A stretch of 64,000 nucleotides of DNA, from contig CAWFSD010000055.1 in NCBI GenBank assembly GCA_963818245.1, positions 657 to 64,656 of the forward strand, given 5' to 3'. This document shows, piece by piece, positions 22,022-31,236 of this stretch (its first letter is position 1; every line of letters starts with the position of its first letter). The notes beneath the pieces are model-generated. The model saw only the letters and a list, made by a program, of their open reading frames with translations. It did no database searches and had not been told where the DNA came from. This stretch comes from an uncultured Planctomycetota bacterium. Its GTDB lineage: Bacteria > Planctomycetota > UBA11346. A program made the position numbers and the translations under genes.

Positions 22022-23105
22022 GCGAGGCCAGGTCGATGACGAACCGGTAGCGCACGTCGGCCCTCAGCATGCGCTCCCACGCCTCGCCGATGCGCTGCAT
22101 GGGGATGACCTCGACGTCGGACGCGATGCGGTGCGCGGCGCAGTAGTCGAGCATCTCCTGGGTCTCGGCGATGCCCCCGATCGCGGAGCCGGCGAAGGTG
22201 CGCCGGTTGTGGATCAGGCTGAACGCCGACACCTGGAGCGGCCGCGGTGGCGCGCCCACCGTCACCAGGGCCCCGTCGAGCTGCAGCTGGGCGAGGTAGG
22301 GGTCGACGTCGTGCGCCGCCGAGACGGTGTCGAGGATGAAATGGAACGTGCCCAGGTGGGCGCGCATCGCCTCGGCGTCCTTCGACACCACCACCTCGTG
22401 CGCGCCCAGGGCCAGGGCGTCGGCGGCCTTCTGCGGGGAGGTCGTGAACAGCACCACGTGCGCACCGAACGAGCGGGCGAACTTGATCGCCATGTGGCCG
22501 AGGCCGCCGAGTCCGACCACGCCGACCTTCTGACCGGCGCCCACCCGCCAGTGCCGCAGCGGCGACCACGTGGTGATGCCGGCGCAGAGCAGCGGCGCGG
22601 TCGCGGCCAGGTCCATGCCGGCGGGCACGCGCAGCACGAACGCCTCGTCGACCACGATCGCGGTCGAGTAGCCACCGAAGGTGTGGCCACCCAGGTGGCG
22701 GTCGCGGCTGTTGTACGTCAGCACCGCCCCCGGGCAGTACTGCTCCAGCGCCGCGTGGCACTGCGGGCAGGTGCGGCAGGAGTCGACCATGCAGCCGACC
22801 CCGACCAGGTCGCCCGGGTGGAAGCGCGTCACGCCGGCGCCGACGCGCGCGACGCGGCCGACGATCTCGTGGCCGGGCACGCACGGGTAGCTCGCCGGGC
22901 CCCACTCGCTGCGCGCGGTGTGCAGGTCGGAGTGGCAGACTCCGCAGAAGAGGATCTCGATGGCGACGTCGCTGGGGCGCGGCTCGCGGCGGTGGATGGT
23001 CAGCGGGGCGAGCGGCGCGCCCGCGTCGGCCATCCCATAGGCCGCAACTGCCGCCGGGTCGGCTGCAGCGTGGGCGCTCTGCGCCTCGGGAGTGGTCGTG
23101 GTCAT
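21984..23105 (-). CDS. Zinc-dependent NAD(P) alcohol dehydrogenase (cinnamyl-ADH / YahK-AdhA-like MDR family)
   Basis: 373 aa from MTTTTPEAQ. Motifs: FCGVCHSDLH, PCVPGHEIVG, the structural-Zn cysteines CRTCPQCHAALEQYC, and the Rossmann motif GVVGLGGLGHMAIKFA. Only the last 373 aa of the listed 897-aa ORF are credible. Confidence 0.9.
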   Translation of the reverse strand: MTTTTPEAQSAHAAADPAAVAAYGMADAGAPLAPLTIHRREPRPSDVAIEILFCGVCHSDLHTARSEWGPASYPCVPGHEIVGRVARVGAGVTRFHPGDLVGVGCMVDSCRTCPQCHAALEQYCPGAVLTYNSRDRHLGGHTFGGYSTAIVVDEAFVLRVPAGMDLAATAPLLCAGITTWSPLRHWRVGAGQKVGVVGLGGLGHMAIKFARSFGAHVVLFTTSPQKAADALALGAHEVVVSKDAEAMRAHLGTFHFILDTVSAAHDVDPYLAQLQLDGALVTVGAPPRPLQVSAFSLIHNRRTFAGSAIGGIAETQEMLDYCAAHRIASDVEVIPMQRIGEAWERMLRADVRYRFVIDLASLKDGHRREEPAS

Positions 23106-23227
23106 GGGGGCCCTTCCGTCGTGAGGTCGCTCGGCGCCGCCGGACCAGGGCGCCCGGTCGCGTGGCGTCCCACCGCGCTCCCGGGTCCGGTGCGATGTTC
23201 TGGCCGGTCGAGGTGGCGCGCGCACCG

Positions 23228-23269
23228 GCTTCAGCTTCACCTTCCGCTTAAGCTTCAGCTTCAGCTTGC
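23228..23269. repeat. Seven tandem hexamers (GCTTCA and variants)
   Basis: gcttca gcttca ccttcc gcttaa gcttca gcttca gcttgc. It lies in the divergent intergenic region between the ADH start (23105) and the DJ-1 start (23472), in a lower-GC patch. Confidence 0.85.
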
Positions 23270-23471
23270 CCCATGCCAAGTGATCTGCCACGTGGCTTCC
23301 TGCAACCGCTGAACACCGCTGCAAAATGATGAAACGCCCTCTCAGCACCGCCTGCAGGCTGCACGGGGTGGACAGCCCTGCGCGAACGTGCGCGGCCGCG
23401 ATCATGACGCCAAGTCCATCGCACTTGACGTGCCTGTCGTTTCCTACGTGAGAACGCCGGGGCGTCCCGTC

Positions 23472-24197
23472 ATGCGCGCAGCTTGGCACAGCGCGCGCAT
23501 CATCGCGGCAACCAGGAACCTCCCATGCCACTCGCCACCATGCCCGGCGTCCACCTGCCACCTGCCCCTCCGCCTCGCCGCCGCCGCGCTCGGCGCCATC
23601 GCGCTCGCCGCCACCGGTTGCAGCGATGCCCGGCCCACCCACCAGCTGGGCGCGAACGCCGGGCCGCTGAGCGGGAAGACCATCGCCATCCTCGCCACGG
23701 ACGGCTTCGAGCAGGACGAGCTGCTCAAGCCGCGCCGGGCGCTGGAAGAGGCCGGGGCGCGCACCCTGGTGATCGCGCCGCAGGCGGGGAGGATCCGCGC
23801 CTGGAACAAGACCGACTGGGGCACCAGCGTCGCCGTCGACGAGACCCTGGCCCAGGCGCGCCCGGACGCGTACGACGCGCTGCTGCTGCCGGGCGGGGTG
23901 ATGAATCCCGACAAGCTGCGCATGGATCCGGCCGCGGTCGCCTTCGCCCAGGGCTTCGTGACCGCCGGCAAGCCGATCGCGGCGATCTGCCACGGGCCGT
24001 GGCTGCTGGTCGAGGCCGGCGGCGTGAAGGGCAAGCGCATGACGTCGTGGCCGTCGCTGCACACCGACCTCGCCAACGCCGGCGCGACCTGGGTCGATGA
24101 GCCGGCGGTGCGCGATGGGCGGCTGGTGACCAGCCGCAAGCCCGACGACATCCCGGCCTTCGACGCCCAGGTGATCCCGCTCTTCGCCGGCAGGTGA
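23472..24197 (+). CDS. DJ-1/PfpI family protein (type-1 glutamine amidotransferase-like), probable lipoprotein; start uncertain
   Basis: Lipobox LAATGCS. GKTIAILATDGFEQDEL, YDALLLPGG, nucleophile elbow AAICHGPWLL, LVTSRKPDDIPAF. The N-terminus is uncertain: a nearer ATG (23498, MPGVHLPP) is in another frame, so a 1-nt indel near 23510-23535 is possible. Confidence 0.85.
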   Translation: MRAAWHSARIIAATRNLPCHSPPCPASTCHLPLRLAAAALGAIALAATGCSDARPTHQLGANAGPLSGKTIAILATDGFEQDELLKPRRALEEAGARTLVIAPQAGRIRAWNKTDWGTSVAVDETLAQARPDAYDALLLPGGVMNPDKLRMDPAAVAFAQGFVTAGKPIAAICHGPWLLVEAGGVKGKRMTSWPSLHTDLANAGATWVDEPAVRDGRLVTSRKPDDIPAFDAQVIPLFAGR

Positions 24198-24381
24198 GGG
24201 TTCAGGCGGCCACCTCGCGGCCACTGGACCGCGCGAGCGGCACCGCGGGCCGCATGGCCGAGGCCCTGGAGGCGATCGGCGAGCTGGAGGTCCAGCTGCG
24301 TTCGATGGCCAGCCGAGCCGCCCTGCCGTGAAACCAGGATCCGGGTGCGCAAGGCCGGGCAGGATGCTCAGCGCCCCAGGC

Positions 24382-25818
24382 TCATCCCGGCTCCTGCGCG
24401 GCGCCCGGAGCAGGTCCGGGCCTGGCGCCTTCCCCGTCGACGCGCAGCCGCGGAAGCGCCTGCGGGTGCTCGCGCAGCAGGAAGGCGAGCAGCGCCTCGC
24501 GGACGGCGCAGCGCAGGTCGAACGCCTGGCTGGCGTCCGCCGCCGAGACGAGCGCGCGCACCTCGATGGTGCGCTCACCGCAGTCCGTGACCTGCAGCGC
24601 GCAGACGCGCTTGTCCCAGCGCAGGTCGGCGGCGGCGATGCGCGACAGCTCCGCGCGCAACGCTGCGATGGGCGCACCGTAGTCCAGGCGCAGGAGCACG
24701 GTGCCGAGCAGTTGCGCGGTGGTGCGCGTCCAGTTCTGGAAGGGCTTTTCGATGAACGAGCTGATCGGCAGCACCAGGCGGCGCTGGTCCCACAGCGCGA
24801 CCACCACGTAGGTGAGGTTGATCTCCTCGATGCGCCCCCACTCCCCCTCGATGACGACCACGTCGTCCATGCGGATCGGCTGGGTGAAGGCGAGCTGCAC
24901 GCCGGCGAGGAGGTTGGCGAGGGTGCGCTGGGCGGCGAAGCCGATGATCACGGAGGCCAGCCCGGCCGAGGCGAGGATGCTGGTGCCGAGGACGCGCACC
25001 TGCTCGAACTGCATCAGCATCGCGGCCACCGCGCAGGTCCCCACGAGCAGGTAGAGCAGCTTCTTGACCACCGTGGCCTGGGTCTGCAAGCGGCGCGCCT
25101 GGAGGTTGTCGGAGACGTCGAGGCGGTAGTGCGACGTCAGGAACCGGTCGAACATGCCGATCAGCTGCACCAGCACCCACACGACGGCCGCGATCACGGT
25201 CAGCCGCAGCAAGGTCCCGGCCGCGTCCTTGATCAGCGGCTGCTCCGCGAGGACGGTGAGCGCGAGGGAGAAGGTGAAGAACGGCACCAGGCCGGCGGCG
25301 ATGCGCAGCGCCATCGCGGCGATCAGGCGCTCGAACTCGCTGCCGAGTCGCCAGGAGCCCGTGCTGATGTGGAGGTGCGCCTGCCGCAGGAGGCGCATGG
25401 CCAGGACCGCCGCGAACCAGAACAGGCTTCCGAGCAGCAGGAAGGACGCGTACCACATCGCGCTGCCCGCGAGCTGGCCGGCATCGGCCCTGGCGAAGGC
25501 TGGCGCGAGTCCGAACACGGTCGCCACCAGCCACAGCTCCGTGCGCGCGAGCGGCCTGCTGATCGCGAGGAGACCGGGCACCGCCGGGTCCTGACGTGCG
25601 GGCGCGGGGGGACGCGGCAGCAACCGTCCGCACAGCCAGCGGACCAGGCGCGCGAGGGTGACGACCGCGGTGGCGGCCGCCACGCCGGCGATGATCTCCG
25701 GCAGCCACCACGCGCGCAGCGCGCCCGCGGGCGAACCCGTCGCCTCGAGGATGGCCTGGACCTGCGCTGCCCAGGCTCCGCCGAGGGCCGACAGGAAGGC
25801 GGTGAGGGCCGTGATCAT
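24382..25818 (-). CDS. Mechanosensitive ion channel, MscS family
   Basis: 478 aa with multiple TM helices, then the MscS core: SILASAGLASVIIGFAAQRTLANLLAGVQLAFTQPIRMDDVVVIEGEWGRIEEINLTYVVV. Confidence 0.9.
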   Translation of the reverse strand: MITALTAFLSALGGAWAAQVQAILEATGSPAGALRAWWLPEIIAGVAAATAVVTLARLVRWLCGRLLPRPPAPARQDPAVPGLLAISRPLARTELWLVATVFGLAPAFARADAGQLAGSAMWYASFLLLGSLFWFAAVLAMRLLRQAHLHISTGSWRLGSEFERLIAAMALRIAAGLVPFFTFSLALTVLAEQPLIKDAAGTLLRLTVIAAVVWVLVQLIGMFDRFLTSHYRLDVSDNLQARRLQTQATVVKKLLYLLVGTCAVAAMLMQFEQVRVLGTSILASAGLASVIIGFAAQRTLANLLAGVQLAFTQPIRMDDVVVIEGEWGRIEEINLTYVVVALWDQRRLVLPISSFIEKPFQNWTRTTAQLLGTVLLRLDYGAPIAALRAELSRIAAADLRWDKRVCALQVTDCGERTIEVRALVSAADASQAFDLRCAVREALLAFLLREHPQALPRLRVDGEGARPGPAPGAAQEPG

Positions 25819-25873
25819 GCCGCAGGCCGCCCGGTGGCCCGATCCGGAGCACGGACGATGGATGCTCCCGCGC

Positions 25874-26296
25874 TCACTGCTTGGCGGGGGCCGGCTGCGG
25901 TGCCGCCGGTGGCAGGATCTGGACGCCCGGCGCCTGCGGCCGCACCGGCTGGCCGCCCATGGGCAAGGGCGGGCGCGCCGAGGGCATGCCGATCAGCACG
26001 ACCATGGTCTTGCCGTTCGCCGTGACCGGCGTGACCGACGTGATCATCACGCCGCTGTCGATGAACAGCTTGATCTTGGTCGCGAGGTCCTCGGCGCCTT
26101 CGACTTCGCACACCTCGGTGACCTGGTGGGGGCGCTGGTAGGCCGGTTGCATGACGCCGGCGGGGCCGCCGATGGCCGCGGGCTGGGGGCGGGGCGCCGG
26201 CGCGACGGGCGCGGGCGCCTCGTCGGCGGCGTGGAGGAATCCCGCGCCCAGCACGCAGAGGGACACCAGGCGGATGGGGAGGTTGCGGGTGGGCAT
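25874..26296 (-). CDS. Hypothetical secreted Pro/Ala-rich protein
   Basis: Start MPTRNLPIRLVSLCVLGAGFLHA (signal peptide). Central structured segment VTEVCEVEGAEDLATKIKLFIDSGVMITSVTPVTANGKTMVVLIGMP. No family recognised. Confidence 0.6.
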   Translation of the reverse strand: MPTRNLPIRLVSLCVLGAGFLHAADEAPAPVAPAPRPQPAAIGGPAGVMQPAYQRPHQVTEVCEVEGAEDLATKIKLFIDSGVMITSVTPVTANGKTMVVLIGMPSARPPLPMGGQPVRPQAPGVQILPPAAPQPAPAKQ

Positions 26297-26341
26297 GGGG
26301 CGTACCGTGATGGAATGAGGGATGCGAGCCGGACGGCAGAG

Positions 26342-26512
26342 GCTAGCAGGGTGATGAAAAATGGCGACCAAGCATCGTCGGCCCATCCGGCCTGGATGGC
26401 AAGGCGGACGCAGCGCAGGACATGCAGGGCATTTCCAAGCATCGTCCAACGCGGCGAAACAGGCTGGAGGGGCCGGCGAGGCGCCGGTCGAGCTTTTTCA
26501 TCACCCTGCTAG
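26342..26512. repeat. 171-bp element bounded by perfect 19-bp terminal inverted repeats (CTAGCAGGGTGATGAAAAA / TTTTTCATCACCCTGCTAG); MITE-like or a long-range hairpin
   Basis: Left repeat 26342-26360, right repeat 26494-26512. The interior has a 12-bp direct repeat CCAAGCATCGTC (x2) and a small hairpin CCATCCggccTGGATGG. A REP half-site GGTCGAGC (26486-26493) abuts the right repeat. Confidence 0.8.
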
Positions 26513-26660
26513 GGATAGCGACGCGGACGCCAACGCAACCCGGAGGGGCGGCCCTCCACCGTTGTAAGGAGGAGCCGCCTCTCCTTGGATGAAGTCTCTC
26601 CGATTCCGTCATCCGTCACGGCGCCAGCCGCGTTGCGCGCAGCGAGCGCGGATCATCTGC

Positions 26661-26957
26661 TCAGCCGCGCGCCCGCGTGCGGGCCGCCTTGCGCGCCGAC
26701 GCCGACCGCGCGGCCGCCGGGCGTTTCGCCGCCGCCGCTCCACCGCGTTTCCCGCCGGTCCGGGCCGGCGTCTTGTCGACGCTCTTCCCGCGGCCGGAGC
26801 CGCTCTTCTTGCCGCCGTGCGTCATCTTGTTGACCGTGGCCCAGGCGCGGCGTTCGGCCTCGCCTGCGGACTTGCCCCGTTTCTCATAGCCTTCCTCGAT
26901 GTGCTCGGCTTGGCGCTTCTGCTTGGAGGTGTACGACGACTTGTCACCGCGTGGCAT
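26661..26957 (-). CDS. Small basic conserved hypothetical protein (Lys/Arg/Gly-rich tail)
   Basis: MPRGDKSSYTSKQKRQAEHIEEGYEKRGKSAGEAERRAWATVNKMTHGGKKSGSGRGK.. From memory, this N-terminal pattern recurs in small proteins of many bacteria, sometimes annotated as plasmid stabilization or stress protein. Not verified. Confidence 0.65.
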   Translation of the reverse strand: MPRGDKSSYTSKQKRQAEHIEEGYEKRGKSAGEAERRAWATVNKMTHGGKKSGSGRGKSVDKTPARTGGKRGGAAAAKRPAAARSASARKAARTRARG

Positions 26958-27086
26958 GGCTTGTCCCCTGGAAAGACCGCGCCGGTCGTGGGGCCGGCGC
27001 GGCTTGGTGCATGGAATGACGGTGGCCGGCACCGCGCGGAGCGGAGATGGTGGTCGCCACTCCCCGCGGTGCCGCGACCCCGCCCA

Positions 27087-27599
27087 TCACTTGGCGTCGG
27101 CGATCTTCTTCGCGTGCTCCAGGTGGGCCTGGAGGGTCGGCAGCGTCTCGGCGGCGAAGGCGCGCAGATCGGTGTCCTTGCCGTCCTTGCTCTCGTCGCT
27201 GAACAGCTCGACGGCCTGCTTGTGGGCCTTCACCTGGACCTCGACGTATTCCTTCGAGAAGTCCTTGTCGGAGGTGGTGCCCAGCTTGTCGAGCTTCTCC
27301 TGGTGCTTCTTGTCCAGGTCGCTCGCCACGGTCACGCCCTTCTTCGCCGCCAGCGCGCTGAGCGCGCTGTTGGCCTTGGTGTGGTCGTCGACCATCTGGC
27401 GGGCGAAGGCCTGCTCATCGCTGCCGACACCGCGCTTGATGGCGAGTTCGGAACTGCGCACTTCGAACATGCCGGCCTGCGAGGCCTTTTCGATGAAGGA
27501 CTGGTCCTGCTTGTCGAGCGCGGCGGCGGCTTCCGAGCCGTGGACCTGCGCAGCACAGGCGAACAGGGCGGCGACCAGGGCGGTGGAGATGGATTTCAT
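27087..27599 (-). CDS. DUF4142 domain-containing secreted protein
   Basis: Signal peptide MKSISTALVAALFACAAQVHG. Two DUF4142-like halves (DQSFIEKASQAGMFEVRSSELAIKRG..ARQMVDDHTKANSALSALAAKKGV, and DKDFSKEYVEVQVKAHKQAVELF..FAAETLPTLQAHLEHAKKI). Confidence 0.85.
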   Translation of the reverse strand: MKSISTALVAALFACAAQVHGSEAAAALDKQDQSFIEKASQAGMFEVRSSELAIKRGVGSDEQAFARQMVDDHTKANSALSALAAKKGVTVASDLDKKHQEKLDKLGTTSDKDFSKEYVEVQVKAHKQAVELFSDESKDGKDTDLRAFAAETLPTLQAHLEHAKKIADAK

Positions 27600-27993
27600 G
27601 GGGACCTCGGAGTGAAGGTTGAGGGTGGACGTCGACACGACACGCAAGCCACGCGTGTGCCATTCTTCGGTGCGACTCCCATGTCCTGCATCGAGCACGA
27701 AAAGACCAGGGCAACCATGGATACTCGTGGAGAGCGATCGTGCAGGCGCCCGTTCCTCGAAGCCTGATGCCTGTGGAGCGAGCCTGTCAATTGCGGTCTG
27801 CAAGCGTCGCCGCGCTCCGCATCCTGCGCATTGCATACACTCGCGTACGAACGCTGGGGCGGGTCTGGGCGTTCAGGCCCGCACGAGACCCGGGGTCTGG
27901 CATCATGATTGCTCGTCATCGGACGATGCGGGGCTCAGGGGGCTGTCCCCCGACTGCCCCCGCTGCATCCCGCAGCCCCGATCCGAGGTCCGC

Positions 27994-29193
27994 ATGCCCG
28001 CTTCCCGCCCCCGCCGAGTCCCCACGAAGAAGAAGGCGGCGCGCGGGAAACGCGCCACCGGTGCAGGGAAGAAGGAGCCGCGACGCTCCGCGCCACGCCA
28101 GCAGATCCGCATCGCGGTGATCGGCCTCGGCCACATCGCCCAGACGGCCGTCCTGCCCGGCATCGCCCAGGCGAAGAACGCGCGCATCACCGCGCTGGTG
28201 AGCGACGATCCCGTCAAGCTGCGGCAGCTGGCCCGGCGCTACCGGCCCGAGTACACCTGCGACTACGGCAATTACGACGAGATGCTGCGCAGCGGCCTGA
28301 TCGATGCGGTGTTCATCGCGCTGCCGAACGACCAGCACCGCGACTACGCGGTGCGCGCGGCCCAGGCCGGCGTCCACGTGCTCTGCGAGAAGCCCATGGC
28401 GGTGAGCGCGCAGGACTGCCGCGCCATGGGCGAGGCCGCGCAGGCCGCCGACGTGCGGCTGATGATCGCCTACCGCCTGCACTTCGACCCCGCCAGCCTG
28501 CGCACCGTCGCCCTGGCCGAGCGCAAGGCGCTGGGCGACCTGCGCTTCTTCAGCTCGATCTTCTCGATCCAGGTGAAGGAGGGCATCCGCACCGGACCGC
28601 TGGAGGCGGGCGGCGGTCCGCTCTACGACCTCGGCATCTACTGCATCAACGCGGCGCGCTACCTCTTCCGCAGCGAGCCCGAGGAGGTCGTCGCGGTCAG
28701 CGTCGCGGCGGACGACCCGCGCTTCGCCAACGGCGAGGAGACCATCTCCGTGATCATGCGCTTCTCCGGCGCGCGCCTCGCGACCTTCACCGCCAGCTTC
28801 GGTGCCGCGGCCACGGGTTCCTTCGACCTGGTGGGGACGCGCGGCAGCCTGCACGTCGACCAGGCCTACGAGTACGCGGAGGCGATCCGCCAGCGCGTGA
28901 CCGTCGGGGAGCGCACGCGCACCACCACCTTTCCCGTGGGCGACCAGTTCGCGGCGGAGGTCGACTACTTCGCGCGCTGCGTGCTGACGGGCGAGGACCC
29001 CGAGCCGGGGGCCGCCGAGGGCCTGGCGGACGTGCGCATCATCGAGGCCATCCACGCGGCGGTGCGCACGCAGCGGCCGGTCGCGGTGGAGCGGGACGGC
29101 CTGACGCTGGAGCGGCCCGGGACCGGGCAGGAGATCCGCTATCCGGCGGCCCCGAAGGTGAAGCCGGTGCGCTCGCCCGAGCCGCACGACTGA
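27994..29193 (+). CDS. Gfo/Idh/MocA family oxidoreductase (glucose-fructose oxidoreductase-like)
   Basis: Start MPASRPRR with a basic N-terminal tail. Rossmann motif IRIAVIGLGHIAQTAVLPG. Also DAVFIALPNDQHRDYAVRAAQAGVHVLCEKPMA and the C-terminal alpha/beta domain GPLYDLGIYCINAARYL. Confidence 0.9.
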   Translation: MPASRPRRVPTKKKAARGKRATGAGKKEPRRSAPRQQIRIAVIGLGHIAQTAVLPGIAQAKNARITALVSDDPVKLRQLARRYRPEYTCDYGNYDEMLRSGLIDAVFIALPNDQHRDYAVRAAQAGVHVLCEKPMAVSAQDCRAMGEAAQAADVRLMIAYRLHFDPASLRTVALAERKALGDLRFFSSIFSIQVKEGIRTGPLEAGGGPLYDLGIYCINAARYLFRSEPEEVVAVSVAADDPRFANGEETISVIMRFSGARLATFTASFGAAATGSFDLVGTRGSLHVDQAYEYAEAIRQRVTVGERTRTTTFPVGDQFAAEVDYFARCVLTGEDPEPGAAEGLADVRIIEAIHAAVRTQRPVAVERDGLTLERPGTGQEIRYPAAPKVKPVRSPEPHD

Positions 29194-29442
29194 TCACGCG
29201 GGGGCCTTGTCCACGTCCGTCTTGGACAGGCCCTTGATGTTGAGGCCGACCAGCGCCGCCTGCAGCGCCACCAGCGCGTAGGAGCCGACGTGCAGCCCCC
29301 ACGCGGTCCAGCAGGCGTTGCTGGCCAGGAACACCCAGAACCCCCAGTGGCGCTTGCGCGGACTCCTCGAGGTGAGCAACCAGGCGCCGAGGACGTTGGT
29401 GAGCATCCCGGGCCATTGGAGGGCATCGAGGAAATCGGACAT
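29194..29442 (-). CDS. Small (82 aa) three-TM membrane protein, family not recognised
   Basis: MSDFLDALQWPGMLTNVLGAWLLTSRSPRKRHWGFWVFLASNACWTAWGLHVGSYALVALQAALVGLNIKGL. It has three hydrophobic stretches. Its stop abuts the stop of the convergent oxidoreductase gene. Confidence 0.55.
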   Translation of the reverse strand: MSDFLDALQWPGMLTNVLGAWLLTSRSPRKRHWGFWVFLASNACWTAWGLHVGSYALVALQAALVGLNIKGLSKTDVDKAPA

Positions 29443-29537
29443 GGGGAGAGCGGTCCTTCCTGAGCTGGGCCTGATGAAGCGCGGCGCATGCCATGCGGGC
29501 GGAGCGGGTTGGCACCGCCTGCGCTCCTGCGACCGCC

Positions 29538-30281
29538 ATGCCCGCCCGCGCGCGCCTGCACATCGGCACGTCCGGCTGGGTGTACCGGGGTTGGCGCGGG
29601 CCGTTCTACCCCGCCGACCTGCCGGCGAAGAAGCACTTCGCGTTCCTCGCCAGCCGCTTCCCCACGGTGGAGGTGAACGGGACCTTCTACCGCTTGCCCA
29701 GCGCGGCGGCGATCGCGGCGTGGCGCGCGCAGGCGCCACCGGGGTTCCTCTACGCGGTCAAGGCCAGCCGCTTCATCACCCACAACAAGAAGCTGGCGGA
29801 GCCGCGGGAATCCCTCAAGCGGTTCCTGGACCTGGTCCTGCCGCTCGGCCCCCACCTCGGGCCGCTGCTCTTCCAGCTGCCGCCCGGCTGGCACTGCGAC
29901 GCGGCGCGCCTCGACGCCTTCCTGGGCGCGCTGCGCGAGCGCGTGCCGCGCCACGCGGTGACCGTGGAGTTCCGCCACCCGTCGTGGTTCACCGATGACG
30001 TGTACGCGGTGCTGCGCCAGCACGACGCCGCGTTCTGCATCTGCCACCTGGTCGGCAGCGAATCACCGCTGGTGGTGACCGCCCGCACGGTCTACCTGCG
30101 GTTGCACGGCCGTTCCGGGAAATACTCGGGCGCGTACGGCCGCGACGGGCTCGAGCCCTGGTGCCAGCGCATCCGCGGCTGGCTCGACGAGGAGCGCGAG
30201 GTGTTCTGCTACTTCGACAACGACATCGGCGCGGCGGCGCCCGGCGACGCCCTGCTGATGCAGGAGATGCTCGCGGGCTGA
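29538..30281 (+). CDS. DUF72 (UPF0759) family protein
   Basis: MPARARLHIGTSGWVYRGWRGPFYPADLPAKKHFAFLASRFPTVEVNGTFYRLP.. is the characteristic DUF72 N-terminus. It ends ..FCYFDNDIGAAAPGDALLMQEML. Confidence 0.9.
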   Translation: MPARARLHIGTSGWVYRGWRGPFYPADLPAKKHFAFLASRFPTVEVNGTFYRLPSAAAIAAWRAQAPPGFLYAVKASRFITHNKKLAEPRESLKRFLDLVLPLGPHLGPLLFQLPPGWHCDAARLDAFLGALRERVPRHAVTVEFRHPSWFTDDVYAVLRQHDAAFCICHLVGSESPLVVTARTVYLRLHGRSGKYSGAYGRDGLEPWCQRIRGWLDEEREVFCYFDNDIGAAAPGDALLMQEMLAG

Positions 30282-30414
30282 CCATGCACATTGCAGGAGG
30301 CCGAGCTTCCAGGCCCTTCACGACCCCGATGCGAGAGACTGCTCCACGATGGTCATTGCTCGACGCACCCCGGTGGAAGGATGCCGGGTGTGAGGAGGCG
30401 ACCAGTCGGACCAC

Positions 30415-31165
30415 ATGCCCACCCTGGCTGACATCACGCCGCGCGAGCTGCTGACCGTCCAGGACGACCTGCGGGCGGGACTGCGCGAGGCGAGCTCGTT
30501 CGAGGCCGGGGCGCAGCGCTACACCGAGGCCGTCTACCGCGCGTTCGGCGGTGAGATCGCGCTGTCGCGCATGTTCCTGAGCCTGCCGTTCAAGGACCTG
30601 CCCGAGGACCTGCGCCGCAGCGCCTGGAGCGTGGTCGAAGGGCAGGCCGCGCAGGCGCAGGTCGCGCCCACGACGCCCGTCCTGACCCTGGTCGGCACCT
30701 ACGGCGATGCGGCGGAGTGGCGCGACCGCAGAGCGTCGCGCGGGCACGCGGCCATCCCGCTGTGCTCGGCCAGCTTCGTGGACTCCATCCCGATGGTCGC
30801 GGCCATGCTCCAGGAGATGGGCGTTCCGCTCGGCCTCGACCGCGAGACCGGGCGCTTCGTGAAGAACATGCTGGGCGTCGGCTGGGTCGGGCTGTTCTAC
30901 GTCGAGGACGCGCGCACGGCGCGCGATGGGCAGGGGCGGCGGGTGATCCCCTCCGCCGACTTCGTCGACCGGCACCACATCCGCACCGTCTTCGGCCTGG
31001 GCAAGGCGTACGGCAACGGCGCCATCGCCGCCTACGTCGGCTTCACCAAGAGGCTGATCCCGAAGGAGAAGGTCGAGGCGCTGGTCCCCTTCGTCAACCT
31101 CTTCAAGGCGTCCACCATCGAGCTGGTGCAGGCTGGGCGGTACTTCGAGCCCACCGACGGCCTGA
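30415..31165 (+). CDS. Hypothetical protein; 3' end unresolved (no in-frame stop until 34476)
   Basis: The first ~245 codons are protein-like (MPTLADITPRELLTVQDDLRAGL..FVDSIPMVAAMLQEMGVPLGLDRETGRFVKNMLGVGWVGLFYVEDARTARDG..VPFVNLFKASTIELVQAGRYFEP). Beyond ~31150 the frame becomes Arg/Pro/Gly-rich and runs antisense through the dehydratase gene. The +1 frame has a TGA at ~31161-31163. The end given here is approximate. Confidence 0.5.
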
Positions 31166-31236
31166 CGCGCCGCGGAACCGCAGGTGAGCGGCGCCCGGCG
31201 GTCGCAGCGCGTCCGCGAGGGCGCGGTCCGGACCCA

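Noticed and set aside
23106-24677. The N-terminal 524 aa of the 897-aa ORF 21984..24677.
   Set aside because: Only the last 373 aa (from MTTTTPEAQ, 23105) match the Zn-ADH family. The upstream part is antisense to the DJ-1 gene and includes the translated hexamer repeat (KLKLKLKRKVKLK).
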